Of a stretch of DNA of 64,000 bases, positions 53,529 to 61,745 are shown piece after piece. The DNA lies in contig JAJNBA010000017.1 in assembly GCA_021155985.1 (NCBI GenBank), forward strand, positions 1,779 to 65,778, read 5' to 3'. The notes below the pieces were generated by a model. That model was given only the letters and a program-made list of their open reading frames with translations, searched no databases and was not told where the DNA came from. Numbering within the stretch: position 1 is the stretch's first letter; every line of letters begins with the position of its first letter. Position numbers and translations under genes: made by a program. The DNA comes from Actinomycetes bacterium (GTDB lineage Bacteria > Actinomycetota > UBA4738 > HRBIN12).

Positions 53529-53924
53529 TCAGGCGAACGGTTTCTCCCTGCCGGCCCTCGCCAGGCCGACCAGATAGATCGCGGTGAAGGCGACGGCGGT
53601 GGTCCCGAGGAGCCACCAGGGCCACGCCGCCGAGTCCTCCGGGAGACCGACCGCCGCGTGCGCGAGCGAGATCGCCGCCACCGACCCGTCGAAGAGCACG
53701 AAGGCCCAGCACCACCACCAGAGGTCGTCGAGCTTCCTGATCACCAGCACGTGGAACAACGCGAGTGCGACGCACGCGGCGCCCGTCAACCTGATCCACA
53801 CATCGTCCCCGGTCGACTGCCCCATGATCCGCTCGACGATCGTTCGTGGCACGGCGACCAGAGGGACGGCCGGCACCAGCAGCAGGACGGCTCCGAGGCC
53901 CAGCGCGCGGCGCAGCACGGTCAT
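53529..53924 (-). CDS. Small Trp-rich integral membrane protein (about 4 TM), unknown function
   Basis: 131 aa from ATG 53924; hydrophobic segments GLGAVLLLVPAVPLVAV, LTGAACVALALFHVLVI, WWWCWAFVLFDGSVAAISLA, WPWWLLGTTAVAFTAIYLVGL. The rest of the 639-aa ORF-track entry is antisense to the next gene and rejected. Confidence 0.55.
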   Translation of the reverse strand: MTVLRRALGLGAVLLLVPAVPLVAVPRTIVERIMGQSTGDDVWIRLTGAACVALALFHVLVIRKLDDLWWWCWAFVLFDGSVAAISLAHAAVGLPEDSAAWPWWLLGTTAVAFTAIYLVGLARAGREKPFA

Positions 53925-53947
53925 CGAACAGACATCTCCGGGAGGGC

Positions 53948-53978
53948 TTGGTCGGCGTTTCGGGCGGGTTGATAGCAT
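53948..53978 (+). promoter_or_regulatory. Candidate promoter of the NPP-cysC-dinB operon
   Basis: TTGGTC (53948-53953), 19-nt spacer, TAGCAT (53973-53978). Confidence 0.35.
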
Positions 53979-54080
53979 ACGAGAACCGTTGAGCCGCCCC
54001 GCGTTCCGGCGCGCCCCGGCCCACACGGTTTCCGGCGCACGGACGGGCCGAGGCAGCGAACACAGGGAGGATGTCGGCGC

Positions 54081-55475
54081 ATGCAGCAAGGCCCTCGGGT
54101 CGCGGTGATCGGCCTGGATTGCGGAACGCCCCAGCTCCTGTTCGACGACCTCGCGGCCGAGGTGCCGAACATCTCGAAGCTGATGGCCGAGGGGATGTAC
54201 GGGGATCTCGCCAGCATCACGCCTCCCATCACCGTGCCTGCATGGGCATGCGCGATGACCGGCCGGACGCCGGGCGAGCTCGGGATCTACGGCTTCCGCA
54301 ACCGCAAGGACACGAGCTACGAGGGCCTGAGCATCGCGCACTCGGGATCGATCGGCGCCCCGGCGGTCTGGGACTCCCTCGGCGCGGAGGGCAAATCCTC
54401 GCTGCTGATCGGGGTTCCCCCCGGCTTCCCGCCACCGAAGGAGTTCCCGGGCTGGCGCGTGGGGTGCTTCCTCACGCCGCCCTCGGCAGAGCACTTCGCC
54501 TACCCCCAAGGGCTCGAGGTCGAGATCGAAGAGGAGCTCGGGGGGAAGGGGCAGTACATCTTCGACATCACGAACTTCCGCAAGCAGGGGATGGACTTCG
54601 TGCTCGATCAGGTGTTCAAGATGACGGAACGCCGCTTCAAGGTGGCCCGTCGTCTCGTGAAGGAGAAGCCGTGGGACTTCTTCATGCTGGTCGAGATGGG
54701 GATGGACCGGCTCCACCACGTCTTCTGGCACTACTTCGACCCGAAGCATCCGCTGTACAAGCCCGGGAACCCCTTCGAGGACGCGTTCCAGCGGTACTAC
54801 CGGTCGCTCGACGACGAGGTCGGCACGTTGTTGGAGCTCCTGCCGGAGGACGCGATCACGATCGTGATGAGCGATCACGGGGCGCGGCCGATGATGGGAG
54901 GCATCTGCTTCAACGACTGGCTGATCGAGCAGGGCTACCTCGTGTTGAAGGAGCCGGTCAGGGCCGTGACGCCCGTCGCACGGACCGCGATCGATTGGGG
55001 ACGGACCACGGCGTGGGGTGACGGCGGCTACTACGGGCGATTGTTCCTGAACGTGGCCGGGCGGGAACCGCAGGGCTCGATCCAGCCGGCCGAGTACGAG
55101 ACCGTACGGAACGAGCTCGTGACGAAGCTCGAGGCGATGCCGGGGCCCGACGGGACGGTGCTCGGCACCAAGGTGCACAAGCCGCAGGACGTCTACCCGG
55201 AGGTCAAGGGAGTGGCGCCCGATCTCTTGGTGTATTTCGGGGATCTGGAATGGCGCTCCGTGGGCTCGGTGGGGAACCCGAGCGTGTACACGTTCGAGAA
55301 CGACATCGGACCGGACGGCGCGAACCATGACCGGACGGGGGTGTTCGCGATGAAGGGAGCGTCCGGGCAGCCCAGCGGCAAGGTGGAGGGGCTCTCTCTC
55401 GTCGACGTCGGTCCCACCATCCTGTCGCTCTACGGGATCGAGTCCCACGGAGCCACCTCGCGGAGCTTCCTGTGA
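54081..55475 (+). CDS. Alkaline-phosphatase-superfamily enzyme, type I phosphodiesterase/nucleotide pyrophosphatase (NPP)-like
   Basis: VAVIGLDCGTPQLL (metal Asp) and SITPPITVPAWACAMTGRTPGELGIYGF (Thr nucleophile context); later DRLHHVFWH and MSDHGA metal motifs. GGGAGGA RBS. Confidence 0.75.
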   Translation: MQQGPRVAVIGLDCGTPQLLFDDLAAEVPNISKLMAEGMYGDLASITPPITVPAWACAMTGRTPGELGIYGFRNRKDTSYEGLSIAHSGSIGAPAVWDSLGAEGKSSLLIGVPPGFPPPKEFPGWRVGCFLTPPSAEHFAYPQGLEVEIEEELGGKGQYIFDITNFRKQGMDFVLDQVFKMTERRFKVARRLVKEKPWDFFMLVEMGMDRLHHVFWHYFDPKHPLYKPGNPFEDAFQRYYRSLDDEVGTLLELLPEDAITIVMSDHGARPMMGGICFNDWLIEQGYLVLKEPVRAVTPVARTAIDWGRTTAWGDGGYYGRLFLNVAGREPQGSIQPAEYETVRNELVTKLEAMPGPDGTVLGTKVHKPQDVYPEVKGVAPDLLVYFGDLEWRSVGSVGNPSVYTFENDIGPDGANHDRTGVFAMKGASGQPSGKVEGLSLVDVGPTILSLYGIESHGATSRSFL

Positions 55476-56101
55476 GGGCGACGGAGCGGAACGGATTCAC
55501 CGTCTGGTTCACGGGGCTCTCCGGCTCCGGGAAGTCGACGATCGCCGAGATGCTTTATCACGAGTTCCAGGCGCGAGGACTGAAGACCGAGATCCTCGAC
55601 GGCGACGTCGTCCGCCAGAACCTCTCGAAGGGCCTCGGCTTCTCCAAGGAGGATCGCGACACGAACATCCTGCGCATCGGGTTCGTCGCGGACCTCCTCA
55701 CCCGGAACGGGGTCGCCACGATCTGCTGCCCGATCTCGCCCTACAAGGCGGCTCGAGATGCCGTGCGCGCCCAGATCGGGTTCGTCGAGATCTACGTGCA
55801 CGCGACCGTGGACGAGATCGCTGCGCACCGCGATCCGAAAGGGTTGTACAAGAAGGCGCTCGCCGGGGAGATCACCGGCTTCACGGGTGTGGACGACCCG
55901 TACGAGGCCCCCGAGAGCCCGGAGCTGGTCGTGGATACGCTCGTCGAGACTCCGGAGCAGTCGTTGCAGAAGGTCATGGACAGGCTGGCCGAGCTGGGGC
56001 ACATCGAGGACGCCACGCTTCAGGTGGAGGGGGACCGCGTCCACTCCGGGATGACCGACCTCCGGGTGACCGATTCGGGGCACGTCGCAGAGGAACGCTG
56101 A
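55472..56101 (+). CDS. cysC: Adenylyl-sulfate (APS) kinase
   Basis: GFTVWFTGLSGSGKSTIA (P-loop), LDGDVVRQNLSKGLGFSKEDRDTNI, DPKGLYKKALAGEITGFTGVDDPYE. GTG overlaps the upstream TGA (GTGA). Confidence 0.93.
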   Translation: MRATERNGFTVWFTGLSGSGKSTIAEMLYHEFQARGLKTEILDGDVVRQNLSKGLGFSKEDRDTNILRIGFVADLLTRNGVATICCPISPYKAARDAVRAQIGFVEIYVHATVDEIAAHRDPKGLYKKALAGEITGFTGVDDPYEAPESPELVVDTLVETPEQSLQKVMDRLAELGHIEDATLQVEGDRVHSGMTDLRVTDSGHVAEER

Positions 56102-56130
56102 GTCATAGGCGACCGCTAGAGTCCTCGTCC

Positions 56131-56670
56131 ATGGACACCCCTCGCTCGCCGGATCCCGTCTCCGAACCGAAGGCCTATCAGGACCACCTGCTCTCGCTCC
56201 TGGGCGCGGACGACCCGGCGGACGCGCAGGCGGAAGCCGCGGCGGGATGGCGGTCGCTGCTCACGGAGGCGGCGGATCGTAGGGACGTACGTCCGGAACC
56301 CTCGGAGTGGTCCGTGGTCGAATGCCTGGGACACGCGGTCGACGCAGAGGTCGTCTCGGCGGCGCGCTACCGATGGGTGCTCGCCCACGACGAACCACCC
56401 CTGATCGGCTACGACCAGGACCTGTGGGTGGATGCCCTCCATGCGGATCGACAGGACGACCCCGACGAGCTCCTGGGGCTCTTCGAACCGCTCCGCGCGG
56501 CCAATCTGGCGCTGTGGGAGCGTTCCTCCGAGGACGATCGGGCACGGGTGGGCGTCCACGCGGAGCGCGGCCGGGAGAGCTTCGACCTGCTGTTCCGGAT
56601 GATCGCCGGACACGACCGCTTCCACCTGGCGCAGTCTCGACGCGCCCTCGACGCCGTCACGCGGGCCTGA
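56131..56670 (+). CDS. DinB-family (DinB_2-like) four-helix-bundle protein
   Basis: EWSVVECLGHAVDAEVV ... MIAGHDRFHLAQ gives the His triad spacing typical of the DinB superfamily. Confidence 0.65.
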   Translation: MDTPRSPDPVSEPKAYQDHLLSLLGADDPADAQAEAAAGWRSLLTEAADRRDVRPEPSEWSVVECLGHAVDAEVVSAARYRWVLAHDEPPLIGYDQDLWVDALHADRQDDPDELLGLFEPLRAANLALWERSSEDDRARVGVHAERGRESFDLLFRMIAGHDRFHLAQSRRALDAVTRA

Positions 56671-56717
56671 ACGGTTGCGCCGGGGTCGGCTGGTACGCTG
56701 ACCCCATGCAGCGATCC

Positions 56718-56747
56718 GACGCCCATCCGGGTTCCCGGATGGGCGTC
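56718..56747 (+). terminator. Strong hairpin after the DinB-family gene
   Basis: Perfect 13-bp stem gacgcccatccgg (56718-56730) / ccggatgggcgtc (56735-56747), GTTC loop. Confidence 0.55.
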
Positions 56748-56782
56748 TCGCGTTCCGCGTGGCATCGGCGGGGGTGATCTGA

Positions 56783-57943
56783 GTGGAGTTCGAGATCGGG
56801 ATCGGAAAGACGGCCCGGCGGGCGTACGGCTTCGACGAGGTGGCGATCGTCCCCTCACGCAGGACCCGCGACCCCGACGACGTGGACATCGGCTGGGAGG
56901 TCGATGCGTACCGTTTCGCGCTCCCGATGATGGCGTCCGCGATGGATGCCGGCGTGTCCCCGGAGACCGCTGTCCTGATCGGACAGCTGGGCGGGCTCGC
57001 CTGTCTCAACCTCGAGGGCGTCTGGACCCGGTACGAGGATCCCGTGCCGATCTACGAGGAGATCGCCGAGCTGGACGACGACAAGGCGACGCGTCGGATG
57101 CAGGAGCTCTACAAGGAGCCGGTGAAGGAGGAGCTGCTCGGGCGGAGGATCGAGGAGATCAAGGCGGGCGGCGTCGTCTCCTGCGGCTCGCTCACCCCCC
57201 AGCGCGTGGAACGGTTCGCCCCCGTCGTGGTGGAGGCCGGGCTCGACATCCTCGTGATCCAGGGGACCGTGGTCTCGGCGGAGCACGTCTCCACGCAGAC
57301 GGAGCCACTGAACCTCAAGCGGTTCATCGCAGGGTTCGACCTCCCGGTGTTCGTCGGGGGCTGCGCCTCGTACTCCACCGCCCTGCATCTGATGAGGACG
57401 GGGGCCGTGGGGGTCCTCGTCGGCGTCGGGCCCGGGAACGCATGCACCACGAGGGGCGTGCTCGGTGTCGGCGTCCCCCAGGCGACGGCGATCGCCGATG
57501 CCGCCGCCGCGCGCCGCGAGCATCTGCACGAGACGGGTCGCTACTGCCACGTGATCGCGGACGGCGGGATGCGCACCGGCGGTGACATCGCGAAGGCGAT
57601 CGCCTGTGGAGCGGACGCGGTGATGATCGGCTCACCGCTCACGCGCGCGTACGAGGCGCCGGGCCGCGGCTATCACTGGGGGATGGCGACGTTCCATCCC
57701 ACTTTGCCGCGCGGCGCCCGGGTCAAGACGCAGCAGGTGGCGTCGCTCGAGGAGATCCTGGTCGGGCCGGCCCACGAGAACGACGGCACCTTCAACCTCT
57801 TCGGCGCGCTCGCCACCTCCATGGCCACCACTGGCTACGCCACGATCAAGGAGTTCCAGAAGGCGGAGCTCGTGATCGCGCCGTCGATCAAGACCGAGGG
57901 CAAGACGTACCAGGCCGCACAGCGGGTGGGGATGGGGCACTAG
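56783..57943 (+). CDS. guaB3: IMP dehydrogenase-related protein GuaB3 (no CBS pair)
   Basis: VEFEIGIGKTARRAYGFDEVAIVPSRRTRDPDDVD..., IADGGMRTGGDIAKAIACGADAVMIGS; same position relative to guaA as in mycobacteria. Confidence 0.88.
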   Translation: MEFEIGIGKTARRAYGFDEVAIVPSRRTRDPDDVDIGWEVDAYRFALPMMASAMDAGVSPETAVLIGQLGGLACLNLEGVWTRYEDPVPIYEEIAELDDDKATRRMQELYKEPVKEELLGRRIEEIKAGGVVSCGSLTPQRVERFAPVVVEAGLDILVIQGTVVSAEHVSTQTEPLNLKRFIAGFDLPVFVGGCASYSTALHLMRTGAVGVLVGVGPGNACTTRGVLGVGVPQATAIADAAAARREHLHETGRYCHVIADGGMRTGGDIAKAIACGADAVMIGSPLTRAYEAPGRGYHWGMATFHPTLPRGARVKTQQVASLEEILVGPAHENDGTFNLFGALATSMATTGYATIKEFQKAELVIAPSIKTEGKTYQAAQRVGMGH

Positions 57944-59506
57944 GTGGCGCCGGGATCGCGGAGGGACGATCCCGCGAGACCGGTCCTGGTCGTCGACCTG
58001 GGAGCGCAGTACGCGCAGCTCATCGCCCGGCGCGTCCGGGAGGCGCACGTGTACTCCGAGATCGTGCCGCACGACGCCACGGCGGCAGAGCTCGCCCGTC
58101 GGCGCCCGGCGGGACTGATCCTGTCCGGGGGGCCGGCGTCGGTCTACGAGGAAGGGGCCCCTTCGGTGGACCCGGGCATGTTCGACCTGGGCGTGCCCGT
58201 CCTGGGCATCTGCTACGGGCACCAGTTGATGGCCCGCGCGCTGGGCGGAGAGGTCGCCGCGACCGGCCAGCGCGAGTACGGCGGCACCGCGATGTCGGTC
58301 GATCAGCCCGGGGGCGTGCTCCTCGCGGACCTCGCCGGCGAGGAGCAGGTCTGGATGAGTCACGGGGACGCGGTCACCCGGGCGCCCGAGGGGTTCCGGG
58401 TGACGGCTCGCACCGAACAGATCCCGATCGCCGCGATGGAGGATCCGGATCGGGGGTTGTTCGCGGTGCAGTTCCATCCCGAGGTCTCGCATACGCCCCG
58501 GGGATACGACGTGTTGAAGCGGTTCCTCTACGACGGCTGCGGGCTCCTTCCCGACTGGACGCCGGTGAACATCGTCGAGGACGCCGTCGAGCGGATCCGT
58601 AGACAGGTCGGCGACGCCGAGGTCCTGTGCGCGCTCTCCGGCGGCGTCGACTCCTCCGTCGCGGCGCTCCTCGTGTATCGCGCCGTGGGGGATCAGCTCA
58701 CCTGCGTCTTCGTCGACCACGGCTTGAACCGCGAGGGAGAGCCGGACCAGGTCGAGGAGACGTTCGGGTTGCACTTCGGCGTGCCGCTCGTGCACGTGAA
58801 GGCGCAGGACCGCTTCCTCGCGAAGCTGGCCGGAGTCAGGGACCCGGAGCGGAAGCGGCGGGTGATCGGTGAGGAGTTCATCCGCGTCTTCGAGGAGGTG
58901 GCGCGCGACCATCGGGACGCCCGTTTCCTCGTCCAGGGGACGCTCTACCCCGATGTGATCGAGAGCGGCTCGCGGACCGCGGCCAACATCAAGAGCCATC
59001 ACAACGTCGGCGGGTTGCCCGAGGAGATGGATCTCGATCTCGTCGAGCCGCTGCGCGACCTGTTCAAGGACGAGGTCAGGCAGGTCGGCGCCGAGCTGGG
59101 CCTCCCGGAGGAGGTCGTGCACCGACAGCCGTTCCCCGGGCCGGGCCTCGCCGTGCGGATCGTCGGCGAGGTCACCGCGGAGAACCTCGAGAAGGTGCGC
59201 GGAGCCGACCGCGTGGTCCGGGAGGAGATCCGTCGTGCCGATCTCGAGCGGGAGACCTGGCAGGCGTTCTGCGTCCTCCTCGCGGACACCAGGACGGTCG
59301 GCGTCATGGGGGACGGCCGGACGTACGAGAGTCCCGTGATCGTGCGTGTCGTGACGTCCGAGGACGCGATGACGGCGGATTGGGCCCGGTTGCCGTACGA
59401 CGTGCTCGACCGGATCGCTTCGCGGATCGTCCGGGAGGTGCCGGGGGTGAACAGGGTTGCGTACGACGTCACCTCGAAGCCGCCCGGAACCATCGAATGG
59501 GAGTGA
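57944..59506 (+). CDS. guaA: Glutamine-hydrolysing GMP synthase
   Basis: GATase [10 protein letters not shown]-loop [11 protein letters not shown]-terminal KPPGTIEWE. Confidence 0.97.
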   Translation: MAPGSRRDDPARPVLVVDLGAQYAQLIARRVREAHVYSEIVPHDATAAELARRRPAGLILSGGPASVYEEGAPSVDPGMFDLGVPVLGICYGHQLMARALGGEVAATGQREYGGTAMSVDQPGGVLLADLAGEEQVWMSHGDAVTRAPEGFRVTARTEQIPIAAMEDPDRGLFAVQFHPEVSHTPRGYDVLKRFLYDGCGLLPDWTPVNIVEDAVERIRRQVGDAEVLCALSGGVDSSVAALLVYRAVGDQLTCVFVDHGLNREGEPDQVEETFGLHFGVPLVHVKAQDRFLAKLAGVRDPERKRRVIGEEFIRVFEEVARDHRDARFLVQGTLYPDVIESGSRTAANIKSHHNVGGLPEEMDLDLVEPLRDLFKDEVRQVGAELGLPEEVVHRQPFPGPGLAVRIVGEVTAENLEKVRGADRVVREEIRRADLERETWQAFCVLLADTRTVGVMGDGRTYESPVIVRVVTSEDAMTADWARLPYDVLDRIASRIVREVPGVNRVAYDVTSKPPGTIEWE

Positions 59507-59582
59507 CCGAGGGCTCTGGCGGTGGTGGATGAGGACCTTAGGGTCTGCTTAGGGGTGTCTCCCGTAGCCTGAACGGGTGAGC

Positions 59583-61025
59583 ATGGCGGGAACGGTGCTC
59601 GCCGACCGCTACGCGATCGGCGAGCTCCTCGGCCACGGCGGGATGGCCGAGGTCTATCTGGCGACCGACCGGGTCCTGGACCGGTCGGTCGCGGTCAAGG
59701 TCCTGGGGAGCTGGCTCGCGAACGACGGCACGTTCGTCGAGCGGTTCCGACGTGAGGCGCTGGCGGCCGCCCGGATCTCCCATCCGAACCTCGTGGCCGT
59801 GTTCGACGCGGGGTCGGAGGACGACGTCCATTTCATCGTGATGGAGCACGTCCCGGGAGAGACGCTCAGGGACGTGCTCCGGCGAGAAGGCCGGATCGCG
59901 CCCGGGAGGGCCGCGGGGATCGCCGCGAGCGTCGGCGACGCGCTGGCGGTGGCACACGCAGCCCGGATCGTGCACCGCGACGTCAAGCCCGGGAACGTGA
60001 TGCTGACGGGCGAGGGGCGCATCAAGCTGATGGATCTCGGGATCGCCCGTGGCCTCGACGGGGAGAACATCACCCGCACCTCCTCGATCCTCGGCACCGT
60101 CGGCTACGTCTCGCCGGAGCAGGCCCGCGGCGAGCCTGTGGACCATCGCTCGGACATCTACTCCCTGGGCTGTGTGCTCTACGAGATGCTCACGGGCCGA
60201 CAACCGTTCGAAGCCGACAACCCCGTGGCGGTCGCCTATCAGCACGTGCACGAAGCCCCGACCCCGCCCTCCGCCCTGGAACCATCCGCGCCGCCGGCGC
60301 TCGAGGCCGTCGTCCTGCGCGCGATGGAGAAGGATCCCGCAGCCAGGTACCAGAGCGTCGTGGAGATGGCGGCCGCCCTGGAGGATCGGGCGACGCCCGG
60401 ACCGCTCGCCGACACGACCGCTCCGCTCCCGGTGGCCGTTCCGGGGACCTCGGCTGCGGCGGAAGACATCCCCACGAGCCGAACCGAGGCGTTGCCGCGG
60501 AGGGCCGGTCGATCACCGCCGAGCCGTCCGTTGGTCCCGCTGCTGATCGCCGCCGTGGCGCTTGCGCTCCTCGGTGGTCTCGCGTTCGCGCTCTTCGGCG
60601 GGGAGGATCGCCCCGACCGTGCAACGGGGTCGCCGAGCCCGTCCTCGAGTCCGTCCCCGTCCTCTTCCCCATCTCCGTCCGCTTCCCCATCCCCATCACC
60701 CACGGCGTCCCCGACCCCGCCGCCCGATGACCCACTTCAAGCCGCGGTCGTCGCCCTCCAGGACGTCGTGGCGGAAGGAGTCGCCGACGGGAGGATCTCC
60801 GAGAAGGCCGCCCAGGAGATCGAGAAGCGTCTAGGGGAGTCGCTCGAGAAGTTCACCGACGGCGACGCGGAAGGGGCGATCCACACCCTCGAGGACCTCG
60901 AGGCGAAGGTGGACGAGCTCCTGAAGGAGGACGAGATCCACCAGTCCCAAGAGCAGCGGATCGACGAAGCGATCGAGGACGTCGCTCGGGAGATGTTCGA
61001 CGCCGTGTCCTCCGAGGACGACTGA
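59583..61025 (+). CDS. Transmembrane Ser/Thr protein kinase with non-PASTA acidic helical ectodomain
   Basis: GHGGMAEVYLA, VAVKVL, HRDVKPGNVML, DLGIA (DFG variant), GTVGYVSPEQ. TM LVPLLIAAVALALLGGLAFALFG, then an (SP)n linker and about 100 aa of acidic helices. The start is ATG 59583 or GTG 59577. Confidence 0.9.
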   Translation: MAGTVLADRYAIGELLGHGGMAEVYLATDRVLDRSVAVKVLGSWLANDGTFVERFRREALAAARISHPNLVAVFDAGSEDDVHFIVMEHVPGETLRDVLRREGRIAPGRAAGIAASVGDALAVAHAARIVHRDVKPGNVMLTGEGRIKLMDLGIARGLDGENITRTSSILGTVGYVSPEQARGEPVDHRSDIYSLGCVLYEMLTGRQPFEADNPVAVAYQHVHEAPTPPSALEPSAPPALEAVVLRAMEKDPAARYQSVVEMAAALEDRATPGPLADTTAPLPVAVPGTSAAAEDIPTSRTEALPRRAGRSPPSRPLVPLLIAAVALALLGGLAFALFGGEDRPDRATGSPSPSSSPSPSSSPSPSASPSPSPTASPTPPPDDPLQAAVVALQDVVAEGVADGRISEKAAQEIEKRLGESLEKFTDGDAEGAIHTLEDLEAKVDELLKEDEIHQSQEQRIDEAIEDVAREMFDAVSSEDD

Positions 61026-61026
61026 C

Positions 61027-61644
61027 CTAGAAGTCCTTGGGTCCCCGCACCAGGGTTGCCGTCACGATGAGCCGCTCGCGGCTCGAGTACTTCGGGTGGC
61101 ACGTCGTCAGGACCAGCGTGGGACGTTTCGTGTCGACGATCGCCGCCCCCGATCCGGCCTCGGGCAGGACGTAGAGGCGGTCCACCTCGTAGCGATACGT
61201 CCCGTGCTTCGTGATCAGGTCGATCCTGTCGCCGACGCTGACGCGGTCGAGGTTCAGGAAGGGATGGAGATACGTCGTGCGGTGTCCCGCGATCGCCACC
61301 TGGCCGGTCCCGTCCCACGGGTCGGCGGAATCCGGATAGTGGCCGGGTCCCTTCTTCAGGCTGACGTAGTCCGTCCCTTCGACGACGATGAAGTCGATGT
61401 CGATCGAGGGGATCACGATCGCCGCGTACGCCTCACCGGCCAGGTAGCGCTCGTTCGCTCTGGGCGGCGTGGGGTGCTCGAAGAGCGGCCGGAGTTCGTC
61501 GCCGAGCTCTTCCTGCGCGCGGGCGGTCTCCAGGCCGGTGCCCCAGAGGAGCCAGCCGACGTATCCGCCGAGACCGGCGGCCGTCATCAGGCAGCCGAAG
61601 CCGAACGCTCGGACGGCAGCACGGATCCGCGATCGTTCCCGCAT
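61027..61644 (-). CDS. Class E sortase
   Basis: N-terminal TM, AIAGHRTTYLHPF, TLVLTTCHP (catalytic Cys), RLIV (Arg). Confidence 0.88.
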   Translation of the reverse strand: MRERSRIRAAVRAFGFGCLMTAAGLGGYVGWLLWGTGLETARAQEELGDELRPLFEHPTPPRANERYLAGEAYAAIVIPSIDIDFIVVEGTDYVSLKKGPGHYPDSADPWDGTGQVAIAGHRTTYLHPFLNLDRVSVGDRIDLITKHGTYRYEVDRLYVLPEAGSGAAIVDTKRPTLVLTTCHPKYSSRERLIVTATLVRGPKDF

Positions 61645-61733
61645 CCGCTCACCGTACCCCGGGGATCGACCTGCGGCATCTGCCGAAGGTCCAGGTCAGG
61701 GCACGGGTGGTCGGTCGGGTCCCGAGCCCGCGT

Positions 61734-61739
61734 TAGCAT
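61734..61739 (+). promoter_or_regulatory. -10 box TAGCAT positioned for a leaderless pcrA transcript
   Basis: TAGCAT ends 6 nt before GTG 61746. There is no SD sequence. Confidence 0.35.
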
Positions 61740-61745
61740 CGTCGC

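Noticed and set aside
53925-55448. Upstream 500 codons of the 639-aa minus-strand ORF 53529-55448.
   Set aside because: This part is antisense to the well-supported NPP-like gene and has no membrane or domain features. Only the last 131 codons (53529-53924) look like a real small membrane protein.
56671-56782. Possible purine/guanine riboswitch upstream of guaB3.
   Set aside because: The region is dominated by a perfect 13-bp hairpin that reads as the terminator of the preceding operon. No three-way-junction purine aptamer features could be recognised.
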